Assembly (NCBI RefSeq): GCF_018977255.1
Contig: NW_024704743.1
Span: 24,366,001 to 24,430,000 of the forward strand
DNA length: 64,000 nucleotides
Source: Callorhinchus milii
Lineage: Eukaryota
Direction of reading: 5' to 3'
This document shows, piece after piece, positions 12,059-25,160 of the stretch. The position numbers were made by a program, and so were the translations under genes. The notes under the pieces were generated by a model. That model was not told the origin of the DNA, did no database searches, and saw only the letters and a program-made list of their open reading frames with translations. Within the stretch, counting starts at the first letter, position 1, and the number at the start of each line of letters is the position of its first letter.

Positions 12059-13439
12059 GTAACTCAATCCAAATCAAAGGTGTGTTAGTAAGCTTCTTTG
12101 CTCATCAATCCAAAACACTCCTAAATCCACCACTCCAATCCACAAACTTTGTCCCACTCCCAATGTCCTTCTGTACTTCCTGCCCATTTTCTTATTGTCC
12201 CTTTTGTTAAGTGTCAATTTACTCTTAAAGCAGTATCCAATAAATTGCATGCATTCCACCTACACATGAAAGTCCCAGAGATAGATTGCTGGAATACATC
12301 CTGCTTATCCAAACAGTGTCCAGGCCGAAATTGTTACACCCCTACCACTGCATCATTCGAGATCCAATATTGTTGTGTGAAAATGAAAACATCGATTGTT
12401 TTAAGCATGAGTGCTGAAATAAAATAAATTAAGGGGTGACTGGAAAATGGGGTCCATTTGGTTGGTCTCAAAGGTCACATAAATAATGATCATATTAGTC
12501 TATTTCCCAAAAGCCTTTATTTTTCTTTGTTTCCTCGAGGTTTATGTAATTTAGTAAATTTCTGTCATTAAGTCATTTTTTTCAAAACTGAGTCATTGCA
12601 ATTTATTACTTTATACCTTTGTGCATTATGGGGTTAGTCAGGGTCCATATTCAGAAATTGCAGAAAATATTTGTAGAAAGTTGTTTTTAAAAATAACTCT
12701 TGATTCCCTTGAAAATATGACAACCACCAAAGCAGCAATGCAATTTGTAGGTTTGCACCTCAGGTTCCTCACAGAGTGATTTCTCTGATCTCAGCTGTGG
12801 AGTGGCTGCTCGTGAACACTATAGATGATTCCAATGGAGCTGAATGAACTCAACAATTATTCTCTGATGTCCCAGAAACTGACTCCGGGAGAGGCTGGCA
12901 GACCTTGGAGAAAGGCACCAGCCTCTCCATAATCAACAAAGATACACAATGTAGGAAAATTTTGATGGTCCAAAAGGAACCAAAACAACTTTAAAAATAT
13001 CAAAATAAATCTTATGCATACCCATGAGAAAACAAATCTATAAATAGCAATGTACTGCAAACACATTGAAAATACACCACCGATCTTGAACTTTTAATTT
13101 AAAAAAATCGAAACATTTGCATGTAGATTTACCCACCTCATTTATTAGATACCTAAATTTTGTCACCAATATCATTTCATGAGTGCTATGTTGTACAGTA
13201 GAATTTCGATTCCATTTAGAAGCAGGATATTTCTTTTAATTGTTAGATATAGAACATATTGGCCATTTTATTTGAGTAATATTTTCACTGTCTTTATATA
13301 GGTTCCTGTATAAAGGTGTGAGTGTTCATACTTCAATCCAGGCAATAATTGTACAAAGTCCATGCACAGATTTCCATATTATTCCTATCCCATAATTGCT
13401 GAACCTAAAGCATGTGGTGAATACTGTGGTGCATTCAGA

Positions 13440-14143
13440 ACAACAACAGCACTTATATAGCATATATCATCTGCGCAAGGTAGCATCGCAGAGCACTTAA
13501 CAGTGGTGGAGCCTGACTCCAAACTGGTGGTAGTGGGGGTGGGGGAGGTGGCAGTAAGCACGGACAAAGAGGAAGGTTTTCAGGCGGGACTTGAAAAAGG
13601 GGAGAGAGGGGGCAAGGCGGAGGGATTGAGGGAGGGTGTTCCAGAGTTTCGGGAAGTAGTAGCTGAAAGCGCAACCTCCGATGGTGGGGCGGAGGATGCG
13701 AGGGACGAGCAGGAGGTCGGTGCCAGTCAAGCGGAGGCGCCGGGTGGTGAATTGGGAAGTGAGGAGGTCGGAGAGGTAGGGAGGTGCCAGGGAGTGAAGG
13801 GATTTGAACACGTGTGACGATCTGCAAGTCAATCCATTTGGTGACGGGAAGCCAGTGGAGCCTGGACAGAACTGGTGAGATGTGGGTGCTGAGTTTGGTC
13901 CGGGTCAGTATGCAAGCGGCAGAGTTCTGAATGAACTGGATCTTTTGAATAGTGGAGCTGGGGAGACCAGCGAGGAGTGTGCTTGAGTAATCCAGGCGGG
14001 AGGTGACAAATGCATGCACGAGGGTTTTAGCTGCATTTGGGGTAAGGTACAGTCGGAGGCGGGCAATGTAGCAGAGGTGGAAGAAAGCGGTCCTGGTCGG
14101 GGACCGGATGTGGGGGAAGAAGGGCAGCTTGGGGTCGAACTGG
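13440..14143 (-). mobile_element. L2 LINE, 5'-truncated ORF2 C-terminal region
   Basis: Peptide TAFFHLCYIARLR..AAKTLVHAFVTSRLDYSSTLLAGLP..LHWLPV..LAPPYLSDLL..KLWNTLP..FKSRLKTFLF, typical of the L2 clade; frameshifted. Confidence 0.92.
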
Positions 14144-14368
14144 AAAATACACAAATGCATTATAATAATAATCTTTGCATTTGATACAGCACCTTTCAGA
14201 GGAGGATATCTCAAAGCACTTCAAGGGATTTACTGCATAGGGACTGTATTTTGAACATAAACTTGTCCCATTTAGAGTGCCTACCTCTTCAAATAAAATT
14301 ATATCCTTCTGCTTCACTTTACTATGGGTTTGCATCGGATCCTCAGTAACTGATATGAGTAGTATAGG

Positions 14369-14739
14369 AATAATAATAATCATAATCTTTGCATTCGATA
14401 CAGCTCCTTATCAGATGGTTGAGACATCTCAAAGCGCTTCACAGAATATATTGTAAAGTGGATTGACTGTGTATTTTGTGGGCGAAACGCAGCAGCGAAT
14501 TGCCCACAGCAGTGTCCCACAAGCAGTCGTGGAATGAGCGACCAATTTTTTTTTCAGGGATTATTACCCCTGGAAAGCGATCCACCAATTGGTTAACAAC
14601 TGGGTTCCCTACTTACTGCTAGGTAATCAGAGGCACGTGGAGTAAGCAAACATGTCTAAGGTTTTGCCCCTCTCGGTAATCAAACTCGGATCCTTTCGCT
14701 TGTGAGGTGAGAGCGCTAATCATGATACTACCGGTCTCC
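14369..14739 (-). mobile_element. Full-length tRNA-SINE, long variant
   Basis: (AAT)n tail, Deu-like half, internal module ctacttactgctaggtaatcagaggc, tRNA head. Confidence 0.88.
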
Positions 14740-16898
14740 ACTGAAGAGGCTTTGGGAGTTGTAGATCAGTGAAAGTCCTTTACAGTTTTAAAATGTTAGT
14801 TATTATTCTGCCATATAACATCAGAGGGAAGGTTGCACTATGCATTCCTGATTTTGAATGTGATCAGGAAAAAAAGCAGAGAATTCCTGAAGTCACAATA
14901 ACGTTCAAGTACTTCAAGGGAACGAAATAAGGCAGAAATTAGTTTACATAAGTCTATTAGTTGTCTTAGTGTGATTTACAAAGCTATGAAAACAGCTGTC
15001 GGTTTCTCTAATCAGCAGAACCATCAGTGTTACTAATTAAAAGGACAACACATCTGGATTGTCCAAAGTACTCTAGGGAAGCATCAGATAGTGACTAATG
15101 AAAACATTCTGTGATCCTGAATACGTGAACATAAAATTCTGTAACATCAAGTTAAAAGTACGCCAGATGGCATTAGCTCTTACTAACATTCACACTCTCC
15201 ATCAATAAGCCATATCCTTCAAAATAGTTTACCTCAGAATGTATAACTGAACTGCATTGCTGAGCAGATTAATTGTCATTCACCCATCGGCTGCTTGTAG
15301 GATATTGCTGTATTTGCCTACAAAAACAGTGCCTGTACTTGACAGAGCTTTGAGATGTTTTCATGCGATATGGCATTGTACAAAAAGCAGGTCCTCTGCA
15401 TTATTGAAATACGCGTACTGAAAATAGTATACCAACGCCTCCCTTTTACTTTCATCTTAAAAGGTTTGGGCGCTTGTTGAGATGTTTCTGTATTTAATAT
15501 ATAAATGTTGAATAGGCTATCTCCTGATATGTAACATTACACAAATCGTTTTGTTAATTTGGGAGCCTTTATATAACATAATGCTAGGAAACAAACTTTG
15601 TTCCTATTAGAATATTTTTGATACTATTCACAGACTAATAGTGAGGTCTTATCTGCAGTATTTGTTGAGGGAACTTTAATTCCCATCCGATCACAGGATG
15701 GGAATTTAGATTCTCAAAATTCTACAAAGATAGTGGTTAAACGAAAAGCCAAGAGAACTACAGGTGTGAGAGTGGCCTGGATCGAATTAACTTCCTAAAT
15801 TTAGAAAAGTATCTTTCCTCTACTTGTGCCCTGCTCAGACTCTGAAGGTAAGATCCACGAGTCACCATGTCAGGAATTAGTAAGGAAGAATCTGTAGCCA
15901 CTAGCTTCAGCTATTATTATAAAGGAGGAATTCACAACAAACGTCATGCATTGTTGGATAATACAGACTTTAAATTACAAACTTTCCTTTTGAAAGTATG
16001 CATCCAGGTATGACCCTACTTTCTATAATATGAATTAAAATTTCAGAACTTAAGGAAAAATGGACTGCAAATGTTAGATAGTTATTGTACTTAACTGCAA
16101 AAAAGAAAAAAAAGACAATGAACTAGGTTGAAATATATCAAGTAAACTAGATGTTGTTTTTGATGGGCTGATGACATTTGTGAATACAGTTAGCACTCAC
16201 TGTCCTAAAATAAAGTGAGTACTTACTAAAGTGAGTACATTTAGTACTCACTACTAAGAGCATTCAGTAGTTGGAGCAATTAAAACAGAGAAATGATCAA
16301 AATCCTTTGCAGTCAAAACTGGAACTGACAACTGGAAGTAAGATAAAGAGAGTGAACCACATTTGGTTATGGCACAATGATTGCTAATAATGTACTTTAA
16401 TGACAATACACTTTAAAAATGTTTGACTTAGCAGCACTGTTGAGACAGTTACAACTTCACCTATATAACATGTTAGATATTTATTTTTAGACAGGAATAG
16501 CACTACAGCAGAGAATGCATGAAAACATATGTTTAAGCAGGAGTAATTAAGGTGTTTATGTGCATAGGTATGTAAAGAAGGTATGTAAAGACAACATACT
16601 AAAAAAAACCTCTCTCTTTTGGAGCCAGAGTAAACAGCCTAATATTGTCTAATGTGAAAAGGCTCCAGATCATATTCTTAATCCTATCCAGTGAGAGTTA
16701 AGTCAGCCCAGCACCAATATTTAGGGCTCAAATAAGTGCATCTATTGGTACAATTATTTATGTGTGCGTTATGTACTTGCTATTAGAACATACTTGAGAA
16801 TTTCTACTGTCCTGGCTACATAACAACAACTCACATTTATATAAGCAACCTTCACGCAGAGGGAATGAAGGATATGTCGAAGGCACGTAATGTACAGA

Positions 16899-17285
16899 AC
16901 AATAATCCTTACATTTGCTACAGCAGTTTTCACGTCAGGAGGACATCTCAAAGAGTTTCACAGGATATACTGTAAAGCAGAGTGAACTGTATCTCACACA
17001 ACAATATCCCACAAACAGCCATGAAGTGAATGAACAATTTTATCTACGTGATTGTTGGCCAGGACATCAGGAGAAACTCCCTTCTCTTTTCCATATAGTG
17101 CCACGCGTTTAGTGGCCTCAGTTTAATGTCTGATCCGAACGACATGTCCTCCAACAATACAGCACACCCCAGCACTGCATTGGAGCATCAGCCTAGTGTA
17201 TACGAGTTCCAGGTCTGTTTGTGGGGCTTGATACCACAACTGTCTGATTCAGAGACAAGAATGTTACCCACTAAACCAGGTTCAC
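16899..17285 (-). mobile_element. Old DeuSINE relic
   Basis: ggccaggacatcaggagaaactccc..atagtgcca..ggcctcagtttaatgtctgatccgaa..cagcactgcattggag, collinear with 4314-4697. Confidence 0.75.
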
Positions 17286-17915
17286 ATTGCTACATGAAGC
17301 TGTGTGCCTTCAGTTATTTCAGCTTGCTAATGTTTTTCTGGAAGTTGTGAAGGGAATAATTAATGTAATGCCACTCTGAACTAGCAGAACTACAATAAAA
17401 ATACTTTGAAGCAAAATAGGAAATTCGGCAATGGTGCGTGCAGAACCTCCCAAGTGGGGGACGGTCCTGACGAGCAATTCTGAAATATGAAAGCACTGGA
17501 AGATATCATCATGATCAAGCAAGGATAATTACAATGAGAAATTCTTACAATGATACAATGCAAATTGGTACAGTATTATTCTGTTTCAGATTAATGAATA
17601 GCGAGATAATTCAAAACGGATTATTCCGTATTCCATATCAAGACTGAAGCAATCTAGGCACCAGTTGGTCAAAAGCACCAGAGGGCAATGAATCCTGATT
17701 AGTATGGTGCAGAAATAAAAACACTCTGGTGCTTGGGAGCTGAAGTTCGGCAAATTTTAATCAGATGCAATTTCTTGGAACAGCTCTAGCCACTGCATCA
17801 TCTAATTTGTATCACAATGTGTAAGTTTTGTAAATAAAAGATCTGAAGTTTGTTTATAATTCTATATAGTATCCAACCTGGACTATTACAAATTCAAAGG
17901 CTACAACTGATCTAT

Positions 17916-17969
17916 TATCAATGTGACACATCATCAATATGACACATTATCAATGTGACACATTGATAA
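17916..17969. repeat. 3x 16-bp tandem repeat ending in a palindrome with 11-bp arms
   Basis: atcaatgtgacacatc/atcaatatgacacatt/atcaatgtgacacatt; TTATCAATGTG-A-CACATTGATAA at 17947-17969. Confidence 0.8.
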
Positions 17970-18482
17970 CGGATTATTTTGTATTCCATATCAAGATTGA
18001 AGCACATTGATAAGGTGTCACATTGTATCTAACACGAAACTGATATCTAGACTATTTCACTCTTACGTTCTGTCCCTATTTTACTCACAATTTGGTCTAC
18101 TTCATACACTAAAAATGCTTGTCTTTTAGATTTCAGTGGTCAGGACCACAGTGGGAAAAGACTGATAGAAACAAGTACACTCATACATTTTAATATGGAT
18201 TTTTTCACTGTCTGATGACGTCTTCAAAACATTTATCAAAGTATCATATTCACATTCAGCCAGATCCGGCAGCTAACCAATAGTTGCAAATGAATTGTAA
18301 TTCTGGTAAATGTTTCCTGTTGTACAAAAAATCCCCAGGCAATTAATTGATTAGACTTTAGGTAAAAAAATTAAATATTGGGCTCAAGCTGAATTTTTGC
18401 ATTATTCAGATAAAATAAGCAAAAGAGGAATTTAACCTATTCCAAAATAAGCTAACAATTGCTTTTTGTATTGTCCAATTCT

Positions 18483-18842
18483 ACCTCTGCGACCTCCTAA
18501 ACCCCTACCAACTGTCTGCTTCTTCCGCTCAGCGGGCTCTGGTTTGCTTCATGTCCCCCTCCTTGCCTGCCCCACCATTGGCGGGTGGGCGTTCAGCCTC
18601 TCTGTCCCCACCCTACGTCCCTCCACCTTGTCCCCTCCCTGAACATGAACAATAATAAATGGGTCATTTTCAATCCACGACTGTTTGTGGGACACTGCTG
18701 TGCGCAATTGGCTGCCGCGTTTCACCCACAAATATACAGTCAATTCATTTTACAGTATATTCTATGAAGTGCTTTGAGACGTCTAGAAGATGTGAAAAGC
18801 GCTATATCAAATGCAAGGATTATTATTATTATTATTATTATC
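18483..18842 (+). mobile_element. L2 fragment (18483-18640) followed by young SINE 3' half (18655-18842)
   Basis: acctctgcgacctcctaaccccta..ttcagcctctctgtccccaccct, then tcaatccacgactgtttgtgggac..(TTA)n. Confidence 0.85.
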
Positions 18843-19479
18843 CTAGCAGGAGTGTCATGGCTTGTTCTTTCTATCTGAAAATTACATCGAAAAATCAAAT
18901 TTGACAAATAATAACTTCATAATAACTTCATAAGTGCTGTGATGATTACAGTTTAAACACCTTTTTTACTTTTGTGTCCCCTTTCTGAACAGTACAGTGA
19001 AGAGAGATTCTTCTCAGAGCTCCCAACATTGTTAGGTATATAAAACTATTCTTATCTGCATAAAATATGCGCAGCCTCACCATATACTGCATGCTCATTT
19101 CATCATGTATTAAAATGCTCATTTCATTATGTATTAAAATGTGCTATAACCATCAAGTTATATACTGTAATACAATGATAATATGATAAATGTGGCTGCA
19201 GGGTTCAATTTGCTTTTAAAATAGTCCCACAGTCCCTTACTGTTATTTCAGATCCCAACTGTTTATTTTTCCCAGGTATTTTAGAAAATCTAGATGCACC
19301 ATTACTTGTGGCAAAATAAAATCTGGATACAGTGGAAGGGTATTCCTTAATATTTTCCTCCCCACATATTTATCAGTATCTCTTTTAAACCCCTCAATTG
19401 TTCTCTATTATATGTCTTTCTAGGGTACTATCGCTATTGGGCTATGGTAGCAAATCATTTGCTCTCTCTTCTCGGCAAA

Positions 19480-19705
19480 CTCGAGCTTGCTGCACATCCT
19501 CCACCCTCTCTGCAGATTTTACTTTGCTAACATTCACCCCTCTGGCTCGAGTCCTGCTCTATTTAAATTCCTGCCTTAAAATCTACTTCTTTGACCACAC
19601 CTACTGCCAACTCCTCTTCCTCCTAATCCTTGTTTGGTAAGGGCCACCTTTTCCTTTGTAAAGCGCTCCTATATGTTACCTATGTGAAGGGTACTATATG
19701 ATTGC
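19480..19705 (+). mobile_element. Diverged L2 3' end
   Basis: ttaaaatctacttctttgaccacacctac..gtaaagcgctcc..gtgaagggtactatat. Confidence 0.55.
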
Positions 19706-20779
19706 TCATTGCGGTATCTCTTATACATCGTAAATAGTCAACAATATTATAGCTACATTAACTGCATTATATACTGGCTATATGATGTCTTGGCAATTGA
19801 CTGTTAATTATCACAGAATTACATTTGTAATGATTTTCCCTATTGATAATCATCACTCAATGACATACAGTGCAATGGACATTGGTATCCATTCTGAGAG
19901 CTACTGCAAGCCAAGAAATAAATCTTCTAGTTAACCATCTTTCAATTTCTTTCTTTGGTCCATCAAGCCTATTCTTTCCACAGGCGATGGGCACTCTGCC
20001 ATAGCCTTTACCTTACCATTTATCCTCCAAAGGAAAGGCTCAGTAAAGTTTATCTCTGCTCCTCCAAAATAATAAAAAGCAAATTTCCAAACAATCTAAC
20101 CTTATAGTCACCAACAGTCACTTCTGGCCAGTTATTTCCATTTTAGGTGACAGATGTGTGATTCCAGCACCACACGAACCAGCATATTCCACAGAGTCTT
20201 TGATTATTGCACTGAGATTATGGCTTGGTAATCATGCCAGTTAACCATTAACCAAAGTATAAATCACTTAACTTGAGAATTAGAAAACTGCCTCATAATC
20301 ACTCCCAGGTACCATTATTTTACATATAAACCACTGGAATGCTGATTTGATTACTGTCTTTTAACTTACCGCCATACTCCCAAATTATTTTAGGTCTCCA
20401 TTACTCCATATATAAATCTCCAAATAGATGACTGCCTCTAATCAATCATGGGTATCCATTATTCTCTAAATGAGTACTGTATTTTGAAATGAGAAAGCAG
20501 CACATATAGAAATGAGGCACAGCGATTATCAGTTTTTAGATCTTCCCATTTTAGATGAAAATGTAGAATACAAAGTGTTTCTGCTTAAGCCTTCTGCCTC
20601 CCCACAAAATACTGAAACCCCTCTCACAGTTGACATGAGTCAGTTCATCGAAAGCAATAGTCTTCTTGATTATGCGTTGAATGATAATTGAGGCAAACAG
20701 AAATTGAAATATTTTTAAAATAAGAAAATCAATCTATCGCAATTAATTTTTCCTGCTAATTTAGAATTGCTTAAAGTGT

Positions 20780-21180
20780 CTGGTGCTTTGTGCCATCCGC
20801 AGATCTAACCTGAACTCTTTGATAACGTCAGCTGCAGCTGCTAACCTGTCGCAGGGAGCAGGGGACAGTTAATACTCTGTTGCCATTTCTTTCTGTAAAC
20901 AGGCTCTTATTATTCCCAAGTGCTGTGTTAATTAGAGCAGACATTTCAGTGACAGCTTCTGGTGAAACTTAATTACCCTGCTCTCATTCAGAGCTCTGCT
21001 GAACTCCCTCCTGGGTGATGCTGCTGACACCTCACTCAAAACAAACCCTTGTGGCAGGCGTTTTGAAATAGGTCCTCAGGTCACCCTGCTTGCAACCTTT
21101 ACAAACCCAGTCAAAGTAGATGAAAACTTAACATCATCAGATGCCACCCATATTGACAGTACATGACAACAATACAGTGG
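20780..21180. promoter_or_regulatory. Candidate conserved non-coding enhancer 1
   Basis: Complex sequence free of recognisable TEs with tandem CAGCTG E-boxes, TGTAAACA (Fox), TAATTA x2, TGACAG (TALE) and DR2-like AGGTCC-TC-AGGTCA (21070-21083); conservation not tested. Confidence 0.4.
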
Positions 21181-21859
21181 CTGAATATTAGCTGAAACAT
21201 ATAAAACCACTTCACAATAAGCGAGAAACTGTCAGCATCTCAGACAGAGGAACGTGTGCAGAGCAAGCTTTGTCTTTCACCATTTGATATGCTTCTGGGT
21301 GCATTGATAGGACTGAAAACTGCTCAACCACAAGCTACTTCACAACCAGAACATACCGTTGTATATTGTTGCTGCATTGATGTTAATATTTTACTTTAAA
21401 TCTTTTCCTGGACCTTTACTCACAATAAAAAAATGGAAGAGCCTTTATGAAAGCATATTTAGCAAATCTATGGATTAAGGTGTTTTATCATATTTGAAAA
21501 TAGTTTATGATGTGCAGAATAAATAAAATCAGATCCCCATGCAGGATTAAGTCTTGTAAAATAAAATTACACAATGAATATTTCCACATTAGGACAAGGG
21601 TAGTAAAGGAGAAGTAAAATCTTTATTGCGCAATATAATGACCTAGAATGGTGGGACATAATCATGGGGAGTAATTTATATAAAACTAAACTGACTAAAT
21701 GAAAATATATCCATGTGAAAATATTACAATATCTTAAAATAAAACATACAAGAATAATGATACTTAAATGACCAATTTTTCAACCAAGCAGAAAACGTAT
21801 TTGTAAATGATTTTATGCACGTAGTCCATTCCTTGTTTTCGGTCTTCCTCCCTTTTTTG

Positions 21860-22200
21860 CTAGCAGACAGATTAAGTGACCCTTTATTTTAGTGAGAAAA
21901 AACAGACTTGAGCTTGTATCCTTCACCTGGGTCAAAGGTAAAGGCTAAGCCAGCACTTCCATGCTGCGGCATTCCCTGGCAGGCAGCTGCCAGTTGTCAA
22001 GGAGTTTAGCTCCTTCCAAAAACTTCTGAGCACTTTCCCTTCTCTGTGCTCGCTGACCTCAAGGACCTTTCAGCTATTACTAACATTAATGAGGTTCAGC
22101 TTATCATTATCCTTCGGCTGTCTGACTGTCAGACAAAACGCTGAACCCTACTTTTTGTGTGAGCTGACATGAAAGCACATTCCTTTTTCAAAGAAAAGGG
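21860..22200. promoter_or_regulatory. Candidate conserved non-coding enhancer 2 (nuclear receptor/Smad-like sites)
   Basis: DR1-like GGGTCA-A-AGGTAA (21929-21941), DR3-like TGACCT-CAA-GGACCT (22054-22068), palindrome TGTCTGAC-T-GTCAGACA (22119-22135); conservation not tested. Confidence 0.4.
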
Positions 22201-24515
22201 CTCTGTAGTGTGAACATGGAAAAATTAGTATTTTAGCACAAATATTTGAATACTCTTTTTAAAATTTAATGCTGTAGCAGACAGACTTTGGCTATTTGTC
22301 AGATTTAATTCTGAAAGTACTAACATTTCAGTCCTTTCAGCTTCCTTACCAAATAAGTAGCTGCAGCAATATTTAATGAAAGCTGTATAAAATTATTGTA
22401 AGTGGTGATATTGAAGATATCAACGCTGCTCTATTGTCATAAAGGGTTCAGTAAAAAGCTAATAAAAAAGAGACAAATTAATGTAACGTACATTCCTAAC
22501 AGATTTATCAGGCATTTCTTCTGATTGCAGATGGACTGTATAAGTTTGCATTTTATATGTTTTTTGTATGTTAATAAGGCTCCTAGGTGTGTCATAAAAA
22601 TATTTGTACAAATAATCTGAAAAGCTTTACAAAATTCAGAAATATTTTATTGACGTAGCAGGATAATGGATACTTTAATTATTTGACATTGTGTTTGCAT
22701 TGCAGTGTTGGGACTTGGAAAGACTCATCAGAACAGATACCTTCCAAATAAAAATTGAATGGCTGCATTTTCTTTCACTAAGATTGTTTTACTTCTTTAG
22801 ATGTCCATGATTCTTCAATATTTTTATTATATTATACGGCAACCATTTGATTTTGAAAATACTGTTATGTTCAAGATACAGGTAAAATCCTGGGCTTGTA
22901 CTAATTTCATTCATTTGAGAATGGTCAATCTCATTTTAGGAAAATGCAATGCCAATTTCATTGTGGTAATTTGCCTAACTTGTGAAGGGCTACATTTTCA
23001 AAATACATCTGATTTTTCTTCAAGTCTCTTCCCTTCTGACACTGTGATTTAGAAACTCCGTTATGGATATACTTACTATATGTACACACAAGATATGTCC
23101 TTTCTCAGGTTCTATTTGTGTCTACTGAAGCATTGAAAACAATGGATCTTTTTGATTACATCTTGCAGAAGGAGTCACGATGTACTAAGGTGGAACCATC
23201 TCGTCTTTCTTTCAAGCCAATTAACTCAAAAATACAGCAGTAACAGAATGCAGAATTACATGCCACAAGTGATCAAGTAGAAGTATACACTGTGAAAAGA
23301 ATGAACGCACAAATCTGTTATTGGCAGTGTAAGAGCAGAAGTAAACTCCAAATAAGTAGGAAATAAGACTGAAAATGAAATGAGTCGAAAAAAAGGATTG
23401 ATAAAAAAATGATTTCTCAAAGAATTACAACAAAGCCTGACCCGAGGTTCATGCTGAATTAATTTTGGATTGTTAAAATTTCTACTGCTTTATCTGATTT
23501 GCAGTTGGAAGTCCATTTAATAGAAAAATCATTATTCGCTTCTAGCACAGGATCTCTACACCCTGTAAGGAGTCTATTTTCAGTGCCTCTTAGAAGCCTA
23601 TATATAGACTTCCAAACTCACTTCCTGGTAACTTTCAAATGGACATAGTCAATGTGCAACATTCTATGATCTAAGTGGACAAGCTGTCTTATAAATGTTC
23701 TTCTACCATACTAAAGGCAGATGTCTATCAAATAACTGATGTAGAAACTTTGAGGGTAGAGACAACAGTTGCTGGAAGATGTTACCTGGATTCTGCGTTT
23801 ATAGCCCCAGACGCATATATTCAGGGGATTGGTATCTACCTTGATTTGTATGCCTAGAAGCAGATTCTGCAGCAACTCTACACTATAAATTGGTGGAACC
23901 GTCACTCAATGGGTAAGGATGTGAGTCCAAGCTGTGGGCAGGCAGAGATTGGCAATGCTCCCATGCTATTCATGTGTAGTTGTGCTTCTCACCAAATATT
24001 TATGATTATTTTCTATTTACCATGAATTATGTCTATTTAGGTGCACACTAAATTACAGCTACTGGTATGGATGTTTCATTCCAACAAAGTATAAGGTGGC
24101 AATCTGCTAGTGGCCAATGTCCACTCTGAATATTATTATATTTTGCTAACATTTGTATTGTGCACTATTTAACCTTTTCCCCTTTAGCCACCTCTCAAAT
24201 GATCATTTCACACATGGCATTGTTATCTGACCTGCAGATGGAAGTGCATGGCCTGTGTTTGACCCAAGAAAAATATCTGTTCAGTCTCATTCCCCTGCTT
24301 TGACTTATAAGCAACAGGGGAATAAGTGTGGAAAGTGGATATTAAAGGTCATTTCCTATATTTTCAAACAGAAATCTATAGACAGAAGTGCATAATGTTT
24401 TGTCATGCTACCTGTGAGTACAGCTTTTCACAAAGTAAGCTCTGTTGCATAGACTATTAAACCCACATCCATTGGGAAGGTTTCTGGGTTTTATTTGATC
24501 AGCTGAGTATCTGAC

Positions 24516-24894
24516 ATAATAATAATCCTTGCATTTGATATAGCGACTTATCACATCTTCTAGACATCTCAAAGCGCTTCACAGAATATACTGTAAAGTG
24601 AATTAACTGTACATTTTGTGGGTGAAAGATGGCAGTCAAATTGCGCACAGCAATGTCACACAAACAATCATGGAATCAGTGACCAAATTATTATCTTTAT
24701 TTTAAAAAAATTGGAATGGATTTTTACCCCTGGAAAAGCGATCTGCCAATCAACTAACAACTGGGTTCCTACTTACTGCTAAGTAAACAGAGGCATGTGG
24801 AATATGGAAACGTGCCCAAAGCTTCGCTTTGCCTGGAAATCTAATCCAGGTTCTCTCACTTGCTAGGCTAGTGCTCTAACCACTAAGGTACAGG
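24516..24894 (-). mobile_element. tRNA-SINE, long variant
   Basis: (AAT)n tail, Deu-like half, module cctacttactgctaagtaaacagaggc, head ..gtgctctaaccactaag. Confidence 0.88.
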
Positions 24895-24919
24895 TCACCA
24901 TCGACATAAATAGAAACCA

Positions 24920-25160
24920 TAAGAATCCAATCCAAACAAAGAATTCCACATATGCATGTCACCTATATATGGAAAAGAATGCGCACTTTTGCCCTGGATG
25001 GTGCAAATTGGCAAGAGCCAAGTATGTGTTGGGATACTGCTGGAATTTAACCATCTTAAATTGCATAGCTTGTCATTGCAAACACAATCGGGTAAGCTTC
25101 TCACTGCGTATCGAGCTAGGATGACCCTATCAGTTTGGGCTTTGGGCTGCAGGGTTAACA
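24920..25160 (-). repeat. Unclassified dispersed repeat R1
   Basis: Reverse complement aligns by eye with 54270-54632 (cccaaagccc..atagggtcatcctagctcg..aagcttacc..aatgacaagctatg..gtgcgcattc..ggaattctttgtttgg). Confidence 0.65.

Noticed and set aside
13453-14214. Longest ORF (253 aa) as a host gene
   Set aside because: Fusion of a SINE tail with frameshifted L2 ORF2 sequence
17916-17969. Short repeats as a CRISPR-like array
   Set aside because: Vertebrate context, no unique spacers and no cas genes
19091-19141. 24-bp tandem duplication (similar small duplications near 5940, 16210, 18910, 60520)
   Set aside because: Ordinary slippage duplications with no sign of function
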